A stretch of 63,804 nt of DNA, the filler included, from Octopus bimaculoides (Eukaryota): the NCBI RefSeq assembly GCF_001194135.2. It is 4 parts of 4 records of this genome, joined end to end, with 100 filler letters (N's around TTAATTAATTAA, not from the genome) between each part and the next. Parts side by side here need not be neighbours in the genome. Positions count along the whole stretch, not along the records: positions 1 to 28,984 come from NC_068987.1; 3 more parts are not named here. One strand, written 5' to 3'. A program made the position numbers and the translations under genes. Every line of letters begins with the position of its first letter. Position 1 is the first letter of the stretch. Shown one piece after another: positions 13,661 to 25,711 of the stretch. The notes below the pieces were generated by a model. That model saw only the letters and a list, made by a program, of their open reading frames with translations, ran no database searches and was not told the origin of the DNA.

Positions 13661-13803
13661 GTTTTTTTCAAGTGGTTCGGAAGATCGTGGGTATAATTAG
13701 ACATTAGGTTAAAAACCCAGCCAAAAAGTGATGGCTCACATTGCTTACCCACACAGACCATACAGGGTCCTGCCTTCAGCGCATAGACGACATCCATAGC
13801 GGT
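13661..13803 (-). pseudogene. H4: Histone H4 3' fragment (C-terminal codons + 3' UTR)
   Basis: Minus strand acc gct atg gat gtc gtc tat gcg ctg aag [7-nt deletion] gc agg acc ctg tat ggt ctg tgt ggg taa = [18 protein letters not shown], versus H4 [21 protein letters not shown]. A decayed stem-loop-like GATCTTCCGAACCAC lies about 60 nt after the stop. Confidence 0.85.
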
Positions 13804-13924
13804 GAAAATATATACATGAAAATATATACATAAAAACGCATCCATAAAACAAACATACAAATCTGCCCATACACTAACACCAAATACTGCACACCCACAC
13901 CCACCCACACACATATCCACAAAT

Positions 13925-14040
13925 ACCTAGATGATGTTGATAAAAGTTCCAATGACGGAGCCTTGAATCTATGTTAGAGTCCGGCTCTTTCTCTGTTGAC
14001 AAAAAAAAAAAAGAATCGAAACTGATTGATAACATACATA
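13925..14040 (-). repeat. Unclassified short interspersed repeat (family E) flanked by (TATG)n
   Basis: Reverse complement matches 37135-37255 (agagaaagarccrg.ytctaacmtagatycaaggytcc..tggaa.tt). Confidence 0.7.
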
Positions 14041-14456
14041 CATACATACATACATACATAAATGTGAGTGTGTGTATGTAAGTGTGTATTTCTGTGTGTA
14101 TGTATTGACCCCATTGTATTTTTGGCTTTTAAAACATAACTCGAAAATTTTATCTCGCATCAATGCTACAATGGTGGCGAATGTGTTATAACTGATTGCT
14201 GCTAATGCTCATTATTTGCTCACATATCTAGGTATAAACAAATATTCTGATTTGTCAACATATTAATCTATATATACATGTATGGCAGAATATTTAAAAA
14301 AGTGTTTTTCACAAGGTTGACTTCTCGTGTTTCATAGACACCATATGCTGTGTGGAAAAGTCCATAAAAATACTATAGCAGATACAAATTTCTTTCTCGA
14401 GTTAGTATCTCGTTCCTCATCTAGAGATGCACAAGTTCCTCAGTGAAATTATGACT

Positions 14457-14516
14457 GAAAACTATCTCCACCGCTCTATCTAGGGAGAGAGAGAGAGAGA
14501 GGTGGAGATAGTTTTC
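14457..14516. repeat. 60-nt hairpin with 16-bp perfect stem
   Basis: gaaaactatctccacc ... ggtggagatagttttc, with imperfect extension gctctatct/agagagaga. Confidence 0.85.
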
Positions 14517-14859
14517 TCTCACTCTGTCTGGGGAGAAAATATGACACATGAAAATATGATATGAAAAGGAAGAAACAAAGAGAATAGAAAAGAGAGGAGA
14601 GTAAAAATAAAAACAGGAAGAAAGAAGTTAAGGAAAAACTAAGGTAGAGAAAGGCGTTGGGAGAAGAAAAGGAAATGAAAGGAGTATATTAAGTGGAGGG
14701 AATTATGGCAGGTGAGTATTTGTTTGGTGAAAAATTACAATGCTACTATTCGAAAAACAAAAATAGAAAAGAGCATAAGATGAAATTATGAACTAGTACC
14801 ATTTAAGAGCAGAAACAGATGAATGAATGAATAAATAAGTAAATGTCGTTTTTTACGCC

Positions 14860-14935
14860 CTTGCTCCCTCATTATAATTGGCGGTGCCACAGCATGGCCA
14901 CAGCTCATGAGCTGAAACTAGATAAAATGAAAAAG
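14860..14935 (+). mobile_element. SINE family B 3' tail only (5'-truncated)
   Basis: gcggtgccacagcatggccacagc..ctgaaactagataaaatgaaaa matches the tail of the full copy at 52965-53345. Confidence 0.6.
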
Positions 14936-15247
14936 GAAAAAGGAAAATGAAATATACATATATACAATTATCAATTTAATGTATAAATTACCTATAATTT
15001 TTTATTGCATGCTGACTACATGATAAAGATCCTTAACGTGATTTTATCCTTATTTCTATTATGAAGTAAGTAAATAAATGAATAATCATTTCTATCATAG
15101 GCATAACGTGTGAAATTGGGTGGATCCGGTACCTGATTAGGCGTGTATAAATGTAGATCTATATAGAACTATGTATATGTTCATGCGAGTTCATCAACCT
15201 CAATACTTACCATCCATATTATAGCCACTCTTCCATTCCATCTATAC

Positions 15248-18166
15248 CAGTGGTTCTTAACCTAGGGGCGCGCTCCACTAGTGGGAGTGTGAGTAAATTC
15301 GAAGCGGGGTCGAGTCTTTGAAAGAAAGCAGGAATTTCTCTAATTATGTTTGTTATTCTCTTAACGAGAGCAAGGTCAAATAATGAGAAGTTCATGAAAA
15401 AATACAAAAGTATCGCGTTATGCCTTCAGTTATCTTATTCCACTATCTTAGCGCCGCTTACTATTTTCTGTATTTATTAACCTCCCCACGTCATATCTTT
15501 CAAAACCCTCACTAATTCTGAATTGTAACTGAAACATTTGTCTTTAATTTGTAACTTGTTTGATACAAGACTCAGGTTGAGAACCACTGGTATAAAGCTT
15601 AGATATCATCAAGTAAAGACAAAGTATTTATAAACAAGTTTGATCCACAGTTTTTATGTATATAAAATAATGTGATTCTTAAAAGTCAAGAGACATGATG
15701 AAACATTACCAAGATATATTTAAAAATAGGAGATAAAACCAAAAGTATGTAATAGGTTTTACTATCGTTCAATTTAATAAAGTCTCAAAAAATTTAAAAC
15801 ACAGATTGGAAAAATTAAAATTTAACAATAAAACCAAAATTTTTAATATTAAAATGTTAATGTTAAAACTAGAGTAAATATTTTTGTAAGAAAAAAATTA
15901 TCATATAAAGTCAAATGTTAAACTAAAATTCAGATTTAACTATTACAGAAAGCACTAAGTAAAACTAAAAGCTATGCAAAATCTTTTCTTTTTTAAAGAA
16001 ACTTTCTTTTATATTTTCGTACAAATAAATGCAATAATCTATTGTATAAATGTTTCGTATAAATTTTCCTTTAATTTAGCTTTTATTCCAATTTTTAACT
16101 CCAAGTGTTCTAACTTGAGCTAGCGTTCTAACATTGGCCTTGACATCATCTTACACGTGCCTTATCTTTTGTTCACATACTTATGTTGTCCACCACTTAT
16201 CAAATAATTCGCAACGAGTGCAAAGAATCGGAAGTGTCTTGACAAATATATTCGGTTTGGATTCGTGCCCTTCCAAAAGGGTGACACAGATTTCCTTCCA
16301 TGTGTGATATACTACAAAACTTTGAGCAATGATGGAAAGTGACCATCCCCCTGTAAACACCACTTGGGGACAAAACATTCAGCTCTTGCAGACAAGCCCA
16401 ATGTATTCTGTGAAATAAAAACACATTCCTTGAAGTAAGTTAAGTTAGACGGTAATGGGGCATTTCGGCAACAAACTTCAATGGTTGTAAAAGTTTCCTA
16501 TGAGATCGCCATGTTGATTGAAAAGAGCAAAAAAACCATTACATCGGAGAGTCTCTCATAAAACCAAATCTAGCATGTGCAGCAGAACTTGTTCCGAGGA
16601 AACATAGTGCAAGCAAGCTTTTCTAGATTTCATTTTCATTGAAGAGAATGATCGACGACTTGTCTCAAGACATCAAAGATCGACTATTCGACCAAGTAAA
16701 AGATTCTGCTGTTTTTTTCCATCCAATGTGACGTAACAACTGACATCGCTCAATGTTCTCAGCTACTGGTATATGCTCGTTTTTTCTCAGGCAACTGTGT
16801 AGAAGAGGAAAATATTATTCTGTCACCCTATCGATAGATGTACAAGAGCAGCAGCTATCTTTTGTGATGTATCTAACTTCTTTCAGGAAAACTAACATTC
16901 GTGGGATTCGAATGTAGTGGTGTGCACTGATGGACCTCCAGCCATGCTTGGTCTGTAGTTTGGATTCATTTGTTGAGTAAAAGAAAAATCCATCTGTTGT
17001 ATGTACAAACTACATACTTCACATGAAGACTTAGCATTCAGAAGCTTACTTATTGAAATGAGAATTGTCCTGAACGTGGAACGTGGCTATCACGGTTGAA
17101 CCTTAAAAAGTCGTCTTTTCAAACAGTTGTGTAAAGATATTGAATCTGGACATGAATCATTGATTTTTCACACGAACGTACGATGGCTATCAAAGACGAA
17201 CATGCTTGGACGGCAGATCTCCATGACAAGTTCCACTCTCAAAGCATTCAGCTATCTCTAGCTTAACTGGTGGACATCCTCGAAGCGTTGAATGCTCTCG
17301 ACCTTAAACTACAAGGGGAAAGCAACATTCTCACGCACCACGACAACATTCGAACCTTCATGGTCAAACCCGACCTCTGGAAATGTCGAATTCAGCAGTG
17401 ACATATATCCAATTTTAGTTACTTGGATTCTGCTCTCATTCACGGTAACCTTGATTCTGAGTTAAACAAACAAATAATCACTCTGACTTGAAAACAGAAT
17501 TCATCAGATACTTCCCAGATATAGAGGAAAAGCGTGAAGCTTGGAAATTCACCAGGAACCCAATTCAGTGTGAAGTGACTGATGTTTTGGATGAAGTGCA
17601 AGAGGAATTTCTTCCACTGAAGTTCAACGCCCAGATAAAGAAGACTTCAAAGAACTAGATCTTGAAACGTTCTGGATGAAGTACATTCCTGTTTACCCTC
17701 TGATCTCACATCAGGCTCTTCGGATTTTCGCTATCTTTGGATCCATGGATATTTATGAAGCTGTATTTTCCACGCTCATTTCTGGTTAGACCAAGTACAG
17801 AAACAAGCTGAACGTTGAAAGGGACTTACGTTGTGCACTCTCTGGCATTTAACCACGCATTCTAGATCTTGTAGCTAAGAAGCAGTGTCAAATATCTCAC
17901 TAAAAATGTGACTAATTCATATTCAATAAAAAACTTATTGCTAAGAAGCAGTATGAACTATCTCACTTTTTGTATAATGTGATTATATATAAAATTATAC
18001 ATTATTTTGTATAATGTGACAAATTTATATTCAATAAAAAGATTAAAAACATATTTAGATTTTAATTATAATATGCCAGGGAATTTTATTCATAACTGCA
18101 AGAGAGGTGTGAAGAGAAGGACAAATTCCCAAGGGAGGTGTAGTAGTAATATGTTAAGGACCACTG
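15248..18166 (+). mobile_element. hAT DNA transposon, Charlie/Buster (ZBED5/ZBED8-like) group, decayed
   Basis: TIRs cagtggttcttaacc (15248) and tgttaaggaccactg (ends 18166). Flanks atctatac/atatatat resemble a decayed 8-bp TSD. Transposase pieces: KYIRFGF..CVIYYKTLSND, VSYEIAMLIEKSKK, IQCDVTTDIAQCSQLLVYARF, ETFWMK..YPLISHQALRI, KYRNKLNVERDLRCALS, KKQCQISH*. Confidence 0.9.
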
Positions 18167-18659
18167 ATATATATATATATATTTAAAGCAGCTTCATCAA
18201 CAGACTTTCAGCTACAACTCATCATTTGATACACTGAACTGTTACTACTACATCACAAACCACAACAGACACTCAAAGGATGCACTCGAAGCCGAGATTT
18301 TGATTTTACAGAACATTGAAACAATATTAAATATATCACCTGAGGAAGCACAAGATCTCATAACGCAGGGAAAAGGTTACATAACCAAATATCTGTGAAC
18401 CTGGAGAACTACGTTGCGTGTAAACAATTGTAGTGATTAAAAATAAATGTTCCTCTGTACTCCTTCTTATTGACTCCAGCTTATTCAATCATTCATTCAC
18501 ACACCACAGAAGGTCCAATGAAAATCTGGCAGTACGTATAATATCACTGCTGGATAGCGCCGGCTGAAATCTGAAGATGGATGTGAATTAATCTGTGTTC
18601 TACCACGTTTTTAACAGAATATATCCCTACTATATATATATATATATATATATATAGTA

Positions 18660-19670
18660 CATTTTGAAACATTAATGAGGTGTTTGGTGAAGATGTGGCA
18701 AATGAGTGCACTGTACACTGATGGTCTGAGAAGTTCTTCTCTGTCTGGTGACTTTACTCTTGAAAATCAGCCACGTGATAGGACTGAGACCAAGGTGGAT
18801 ATTAGTGAGCTGGAAACTGTAGTGAACCTGATACATCCTAATCTACGCGTGCGTGAACAGCAAGGTTTGATGCTTCGTTTCCATCTGACTCAGATCGGCA
18901 ACGTAAAGAAGTTGGACAAGTGGATACTACACGAACTGAACAAGCATCAACTGATACGTCGTCTTCAAACTTGTGGTTATTTGCTGTTACGTCAAAAATT
19001 CGAACCATTTTGTTACGTATGATAAAATGAAATCATTTTGTTACGTGTGATGAAAAATGGATTCTGTTCAATAATAAGAAGCGTTCCGCATGGTGGTGGG
19101 CTACAGACGAAATGCCAAAACAATCCAAAAAACAAATATTCACCAATAAAATCTTATGGTGCCTGTTTGGTGGTCAAGCGCTGGTGTCATCCACTACATC
19201 GTAAGTCAATTACAGCGGTTGTATACATCAACACATTGGATGAAATGATGAGTGAACTTACAATCAAGCAACCGAGATTGGTCAATAGAGACAGGCCAGG
19301 TCTCTTGTAAGACAGTGCTTGACCACATGTTGCACAAAGAACGCTACTCAAGTTACAGGAACTGAACTTGGAAGTACAGTGTCGTACACCATATTCAGTA
19401 GACCTTGCCCCAACTGACTCTCACGTTTTTCAGGCATTAGTCAAATTTTGCAGGTAAAAAACTTCAAATCTGAAGATGATGCAACAACAGCCTTTCGTGA
19501 TTTCATCACCTCTTGCTGTCCCGAAGTCTTCGCTGCCGACTGCTGATAAAATGGCAAAGTTGAGTTGATAATTTGGGTGCAAACTTTGTTTAACTGCATT
19601 GCTTTTTGTTGAGATAAAGTTAAATAGACTTTAAGTTTACAATTGGACATTTCATTTTTAATGACCTGGT
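18660..19670 (+). mobile_element. mariner (DD34D) element, 5'-truncated, decayed
   Basis: INEVFGEDVANE.., KKLDKWILHEL (cf. WVPHEL), VTCDEKW, *DSA*PH (cf. QDNARPH), YSVDLAPTDSH (cf. YSPDLAPSDY). The right end abuts TA. Confidence 0.9.
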
Positions 19671-21150
19671 ATACGTACATACATACATACATACACACAC
19701 ATACATATACTCATATAATTCATATATACGCACTCACACACTTGTTTGTTATTTATTGGCAACGCTATAGTTTGTTCCGTTATATTCCTCACTCACATTG
19801 CGATAAGGTCCTTTAAAACATAAACGAATTATCAAATCGATATATTTGTATAAGGATACGTAACATCCTATACTTTATTGCAAATAATATGAGATCCAAA
19901 TATAACTCAAGAAAAGATATGTAATACATTTGTATCTTAGATTCATCATTTAAACGTTTTGTCCATTATCTGTCTTATTGCTGGTAACAAATATACTGAA
20001 ACCGGTCTCATAAATTACCAGAAGATATTCATTCGTAATTTATCAACAAGGACATATTTGAATTTTCACAGTGCATAAAGAAACAATAAATAGTTATAAG
20101 TAAAACCATGTAAAAGGAAGAAAGAGGAGGTTCCATTTCTTTGGTTGAAATCTAGTCAGTAACACAATAAATTGATACCAGGAACAAAATTACATACAAA
20201 CATGAGTGAACGATGATATAGTGATTAATAATTCAGATATGTTACCGAATAACGGTATTTGATTACTGAATGATTATTCCTGCAAACTGCTTTGGGGAAA
20301 CTAATGCATAGTTAAGATGATTTCCTTAAATATACATGAAAATAAAGCATGATTACAATGCCCAAAGTAACAGCATAAAGCTTTGTATATATTTTAAATT
20401 TTGTAATATATTGACGTTTGCGATGCATTATTTTGTTTTTAACATCTTTTCCACACTCCATGCAGAAATCAATGAACAGCTAACAGAGAAATGCGTAGAA
20501 GTCGTTTCCTCATTCCAATACGATTACAATAGACTTGGCGAAATACTTGCAAAATATACATGCATTTACAAATGTATTTGCACACAAACATACACTGCAT
20601 ACATACGTATATAAACACATACACACACAAACACACGCACACACACACACACACACACATAAATATAGACACGTACGCATATATATATATATATATGCAT
20701 GTATATATACATGTGTGTATGTGTATATATATATATACATATATATACACACATAGATTTATACACATTTATATATATATATATATATAAACACACACAC
20801 ATACATATATATACGTATATATATATAAATATATATGTATATATNNNNNNNNNNNNNNNNNNNNNNNNNNNNNNNNNNNNNNNNNNNNNNNNNNNNNNNN
20901 NNNNNNNNNNNNNNNNNNNNNNNNNNNNNNNNNNNNNNNNNNNNNNNNNNNNNNNNNNNNNNNNNNNNNNNNNNNNNNNNNNNNNNNNNNNNNNNNNNNN
21001 NNNNNNNNTATATATATATATATATATATATATCGAGAGAGAGAGAAAGAGAGAGAGAGAGAGATAGAGAGAGTGAAAGACAGAGTGAGAACTAGAGAGC
21101 GAGAGCGAGAGAGATAGAGAGAAAATGCACACAGATATTAAATTCTTATA

Positions 21151-21366
21151 CAGTTATTCCAGTTAGCATACACTTGTTAGCGATAAAATTTTGTAGACGC
21201 CTCATCTCTTAGTGCATGAATCATATCTATCAATCGATGCATAATCAATCGGTTATTCCAATTGATCGATTATGGATCGATAGACGTAATTTTACTATTA
21301 CACTTGGGAAATAGTATATGCCCACATTTTATCGGAAAAAAACTTGTATGCTAATTGGAATAGATG
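21151..21366. mobile_element. Palindromic MITE, Tc1/mariner-like (TA-flanked)
   Basis: ta|cagttattccagttagcatac..cgataaaat pairs with attttatcg..gtatgctaattggaatagatg|ta. An inner pair ctatcaatcgatgcataatcaatc / gatcgattatggatcgatag is also present. Confidence 0.65.
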
Positions 21367-22538
21367 TATAAAAAACGATATCCCTTGCCATTTTCTATAT
21401 ATTACTCCGTAACGACACACTAATTTGACTTGGAGACTATTCCCCGGATCTAAACCTTAACTAATGAATGATTGTTATGTTCGGATAACCTGGATTTCCA
21501 TATCTATAACATGATACATTTGTGAGTTTGGGAATCTTTCTGTACAGAGAACTTAAGTTTTTCGCCCAGTCTATTAATCCCTCTTCCCATTTGTTACACA
21601 TACACACACACACGCCACCATATATATATATATATATATATATATGTCAGTACGTGCACAAATGTCATAATGTATTTGTAAATAAGCATCGTAGGATAGC
21701 ATTAAGAGGAGGGGAATAAGAGACGGAGAACGTGAGCGGTTACAACAGGGTGACATAAATTGATAAGATGCTGCACAAAATGTAAGAACAGACAAAATAA
21801 GATAGGCGTTAGATGCTGTGCATAATGAATTGTACTCCGAAAAACAAAAATGAGGAAAAATTAGAGCGAACCTTTTATTGGAATGAACCTTTTATCAAAG
21901 TGAAATAAAAAGAAAGAAAGAGGAAGAGAAAAATACCTGTTTTAAACAGCTGTGTAAATTTCAACGGCATTTGGTGTGTTACATATTATCCTTTACCCGA
22001 GTAGAATACTACTGGTTTGTATCTGTAACGATTCATTACATACGTCCATATGAATTACTGTAAGGTAAAGATCTGAACTCATATCTGATATTTAACACAC
22101 AATATCTTAAAAAGACTACCTAATCGACTTATAATCTGAATAGAAATATATGTGTTATTTATCTCGAAAGATGACATACACAAATCAGGTAAACTGAACT
22201 TGATTTATCATTACATCACTCCCATGCTTCTTCTTTGTCCTACAATTGTTACATTCAGAGCTTCAGTTATGTTATACACGAAAAAGTGAACAAAAAGTGA
22301 ATTGTGGTATTGGCCAAAATTCTCTCATGATACCTTTAAAAACTAATTATCTGATCTCTCAATTACACGATGTATAATTTTATGATTCTTATAACTCCGA
22401 GAGACAGTACGAGATCAATTTCTCTAATAACACACTGGTTGGAGGGACAATTCAGAGATTAGGTTTTGGGATAGCATAGCTAAAAACATTAAAATAAAAT
22501 CCCTACATCTTTTCTTTGGAAGAATGACAGGCTCTTAC

Positions 22539-22556
22539 CTCGGCCACCTGTGAATT
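22539..22556 (-). CDS. Candidate 18-nt micro-exon (NSQVAE if phase 0)
   Basis: Minus strand ttttggtttttatgactgtcacttttag|AATTCACAGGTGGCCGAG|gtaaga: strong acceptor and donor, length a multiple of 3. Confidence 0.3.
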
Positions 22557-23109
22557 CTAAAAGTGACAGTCATAAAAACCAAAAGGTGCAGTTCCTTTGA
22601 TTAAGATGGATTATTAGTTTGTGTAAAGCGGAAAATAGTATCGATTTTCCCTGCTATCTAAATAAGTGAAATAAGTGAAATAGTGAATGGAAGACAGATT
22701 ATATCTACTTAGAAAACTTTCTCAGTGATTTGGGATTTGAGATCGTAGCGGACCGATAATGTTAACAGAAAACAATATATTTGTCTCTTTCGTGGAGCGT
22801 TATTACATTAGATAATAATGCAGTTAACAGGAGTAAATTAACTATTACTTATGTCATAGTTGTTGGCATTTTCAAGTAACACATACGATGAGACGAAAGA
22901 TCAGACGATTGACTAATAATATTACGCTAAGTTTAAACATCTGCTACTTATCTGCACCAATAAATACATACATTAATAACGAATGCAAACACACACTCAC
23001 ATATATAAAAGTGCGTTATTTAAACCTGTTCAGTATTTCGCCTCTTTTATTAACCAATAAAACAGTAGGATAATTTCAAATAAACATAGTGCCTATTCTC
23101 TTCTGAAAA

Positions 23110-23545
23110 ATTGAAATTGCAAAGATGGGACCTCCTGTTCATTGGAAAAAAAATTCGAGAGAAAGGAATCGTGTAAAGAGCCAAGGTACAGATAGGAGGC
23201 TCACACGAATATATATTATACAGGGGCTTCTGAAAATTCTTTCAAAACCCGATTTTATTCGAATAGAAATTCCTTCAGATACCCTGCAAATTGGACGAAG
23301 ACCAATCTGCTAAAATTTGTCTGGGAATTAAAAGAAAAAGAAGCCCGACCTTTCAACGTGACATGGAGTATTTTATATAGAGCTGCACCTTACAGGCACG
23401 GTGCACAAAAAGATCCATCAAATGTGATTTATGCCTGCTGGAAAAATATTTTATTGTATTCCAGGACAATAATTCTTTAAATCAAAGACTCAAACTCTTG
23501 AATTTCTGCAGACACTCAACTAAATTTAAAATGTCGGCTAGCAAT
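23110..23545 (+). mobile_element. Penelope-like element GIY-YIG endonuclease tail
   Basis: Decayed frames: CKDGTSCSL.., Y.GASENSFKTRF..RNSFRYP, TNLLKFVWELKEK, VTWSILYRAAPY, KCDLCLLEKYFI, LNQR..FCRHSTKFKM. Confidence 0.8.
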
Positions 23546-24928
23546 ATGCCATATGGATAGTTGATTCGTGGACTAGATTTTAATCACACTGTTGGATTTG
23601 TTTCTTATTATACATGATTTATTTCGCATCGCAAATTTATTGTATATATTTCAGCATATTTCTTAAGAAAGACCTTCGAGTGTTATATGCAAATATTATT
23701 TTCTTCTTTAAGATTCTACTTTTATTTTATTTTATTTCATTTTATTGCATTTTATAAACACATTTTAATCGTTTAATTTAAAGATAATTCAATATAGGGT
23801 GTTCTATTTAGCATGTCTTTATCCGAATTTTATTATTATGCACTCAGCAATTTAAAAAAAAAATGTTGTTGGTATATATACGTCAGGACCTAGACATGCT
23901 TTTATGTGGATGCTTGTATGGCTGGCATGCATTTGTATTCGTCTGTATGCGTCTATGTATATGTGTAAGTAAGCGTGTAATTTTATACTTGTGCACATAC
24001 ATGCATGGATGTATATGTATGCATGCTTTTACTTATATTTGTGTGGGTGTGCATTTACGTACATATTTCCATATATTTATATATTTGATCTCATGTGTGT
24101 ATTTATGCTTAATATACACTTTTTTATACACATGTATACGTAATTTTATTTTGTGTACATTCGTTACACATATTCAGCCACCTATCTTTCTTTCTTTCTT
24201 TTCCTTTCCTTACGGAAAGTATTTTTTCTCCCCCTATTCGTCCTTTAACTTTGCGCTCCTCACCATTCGTCTCACTCATCTCTTTCTCCCGCTAACTGTT
24301 ATATATAAGATCCTTCCTTTCCTTTTTATTTCCCCATCTCTGTGTTTTAAAATTTACTTCTCGTCTATATGTATACACCAAGTGATTTTTGCACGCGAGC
24401 ATGATTGTGTACATATGTATATACATGTATATTTGTATATTTGTGTGTATATTTACGTCTTACATATATATGTCTGTATATGTATGTGTACATCCATCTG
24501 TGTATTTTGATGTATATATGTATATTGATGGTTTAGTATGCGTATATACTGTTGTAAAATATTTATGTAACACAGCGTGAATATTGTAATTTTAATTTAA
24601 ATTTCTAATATATTAATTGAATTATATTTCGTATATAATTATTTGCAATATGTATTTTGTATTAGATCTTCCATTTAATGTTTTCCTCGATTTTTATATT
24701 AGGATGAATTTATATTGAGTTTATTTATTTTGTTTATTTTGTTCATTGCATCCTTAAGACCGTTAATCGAAAGGTTCAATGAAACAAATCCCTTTTTAAA
24801 GGTGTATTCTTTAACTAGTTTTGAACATATCGTTATTTCTGTTCTATTTTAACAAAACTGTCCGAGGAACAGGAACGTGAAACTCTGAATAAGAGCTTTT
24901 TGTTATATTTCTGCTGTTTTTAATTAAA

Positions 24929-24964
<36 letters not shown>

Positions 24965-25696
24965 TTTGACTTTAATGTTTATTATAATCACTATGCTAAC
25001 CATTTATAGAGATAAATAAATGAATGCAGATGCAGTTGCAAAATCTTATGTAATTTTTTTTCTCTTTTTCACTATGTACATGTTGTATAAAAATTCTATA
25101 GAAATTCTTCCTTTATCCTCTCTCTTAACTTCCTGTTACAAACCTTGAATTTCTATGCTAAGAAATTCGAATTTTAACAATTTAAGTAAGTAATTAATGT
25201 AATAATACAGTACAGAACTTAATTGATATTACTTTGTACTTCATAACAATCTAAATAAATATAATAAAGTAAATAAATAATAAACTAGACATACACAGAG
25301 ACACACATATACGCACTTACACAATGATACAAGAACACGTCCACATCCATAATTAACAAATACAATACTGTAAATAACAAAATAATTAACGCTAGACTTA
25401 TACAAAATTTTGCACACAAACAAAATCAAAGGTAAATCGCTGACATGCAAATATGCCCATATATCAGCCTCTACATATTTATGAGTGAATATGGTGCAAA
25501 TATTCATTTATACTTATTTGGATGTTATGTAGAAAAAATGTTAGCACACTGGATGAAATGCTTATTGGCGTTTCTTCCGGCTTCACTTTCTAAGATAGTA
25601 TTGTTGTTTCATGGTTATATTGTCGTTAGTATATATGAATATATTCCTAATTAACTTCACGCAAACAGATTCTTGAATAATAATTATTCGACTCAC

Positions 25697-25711
25697 CTTT
25701 GTAACCGCCAT
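25697..25711 (-). CDS. Candidate first coding exon (MAVTK) of an unidentified minus-strand gene
   Basis: Minus strand ctttaaaATGGCGGTTACAAAG|gtgagt: AAAATGGCG start context, consensus donor, local CpG enrichment, ETS-like CCGGAAG at 25574-25580. Confidence 0.5.

Noticed and set aside
14690-14720. Plus-strand donor GGCAG|gtgagt
   Set aside because: No upstream acceptor with an open frame; the upstream sequence is a purine-rich low-complexity tract.
18340-18600. Hammerhead-like CTGAGGA (18340) and CTGAAGA (18571); also 29434 and ~60390
   Set aside because: Only the 7-mer is present, with no convincing stem II plus GAAA plus stem III.
21937-22135. AG/GT-bounded 199-nt minus-strand segment
   Set aside because: Stops in all three frames.
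25697-25711. Assignment of MAVTK to DNAJC17 (human N-terminus MAVTKELLQM)
   Set aside because: Five residues are not diagnostic, and I found no J-domain (HPD) exon downstream on the minus strand.
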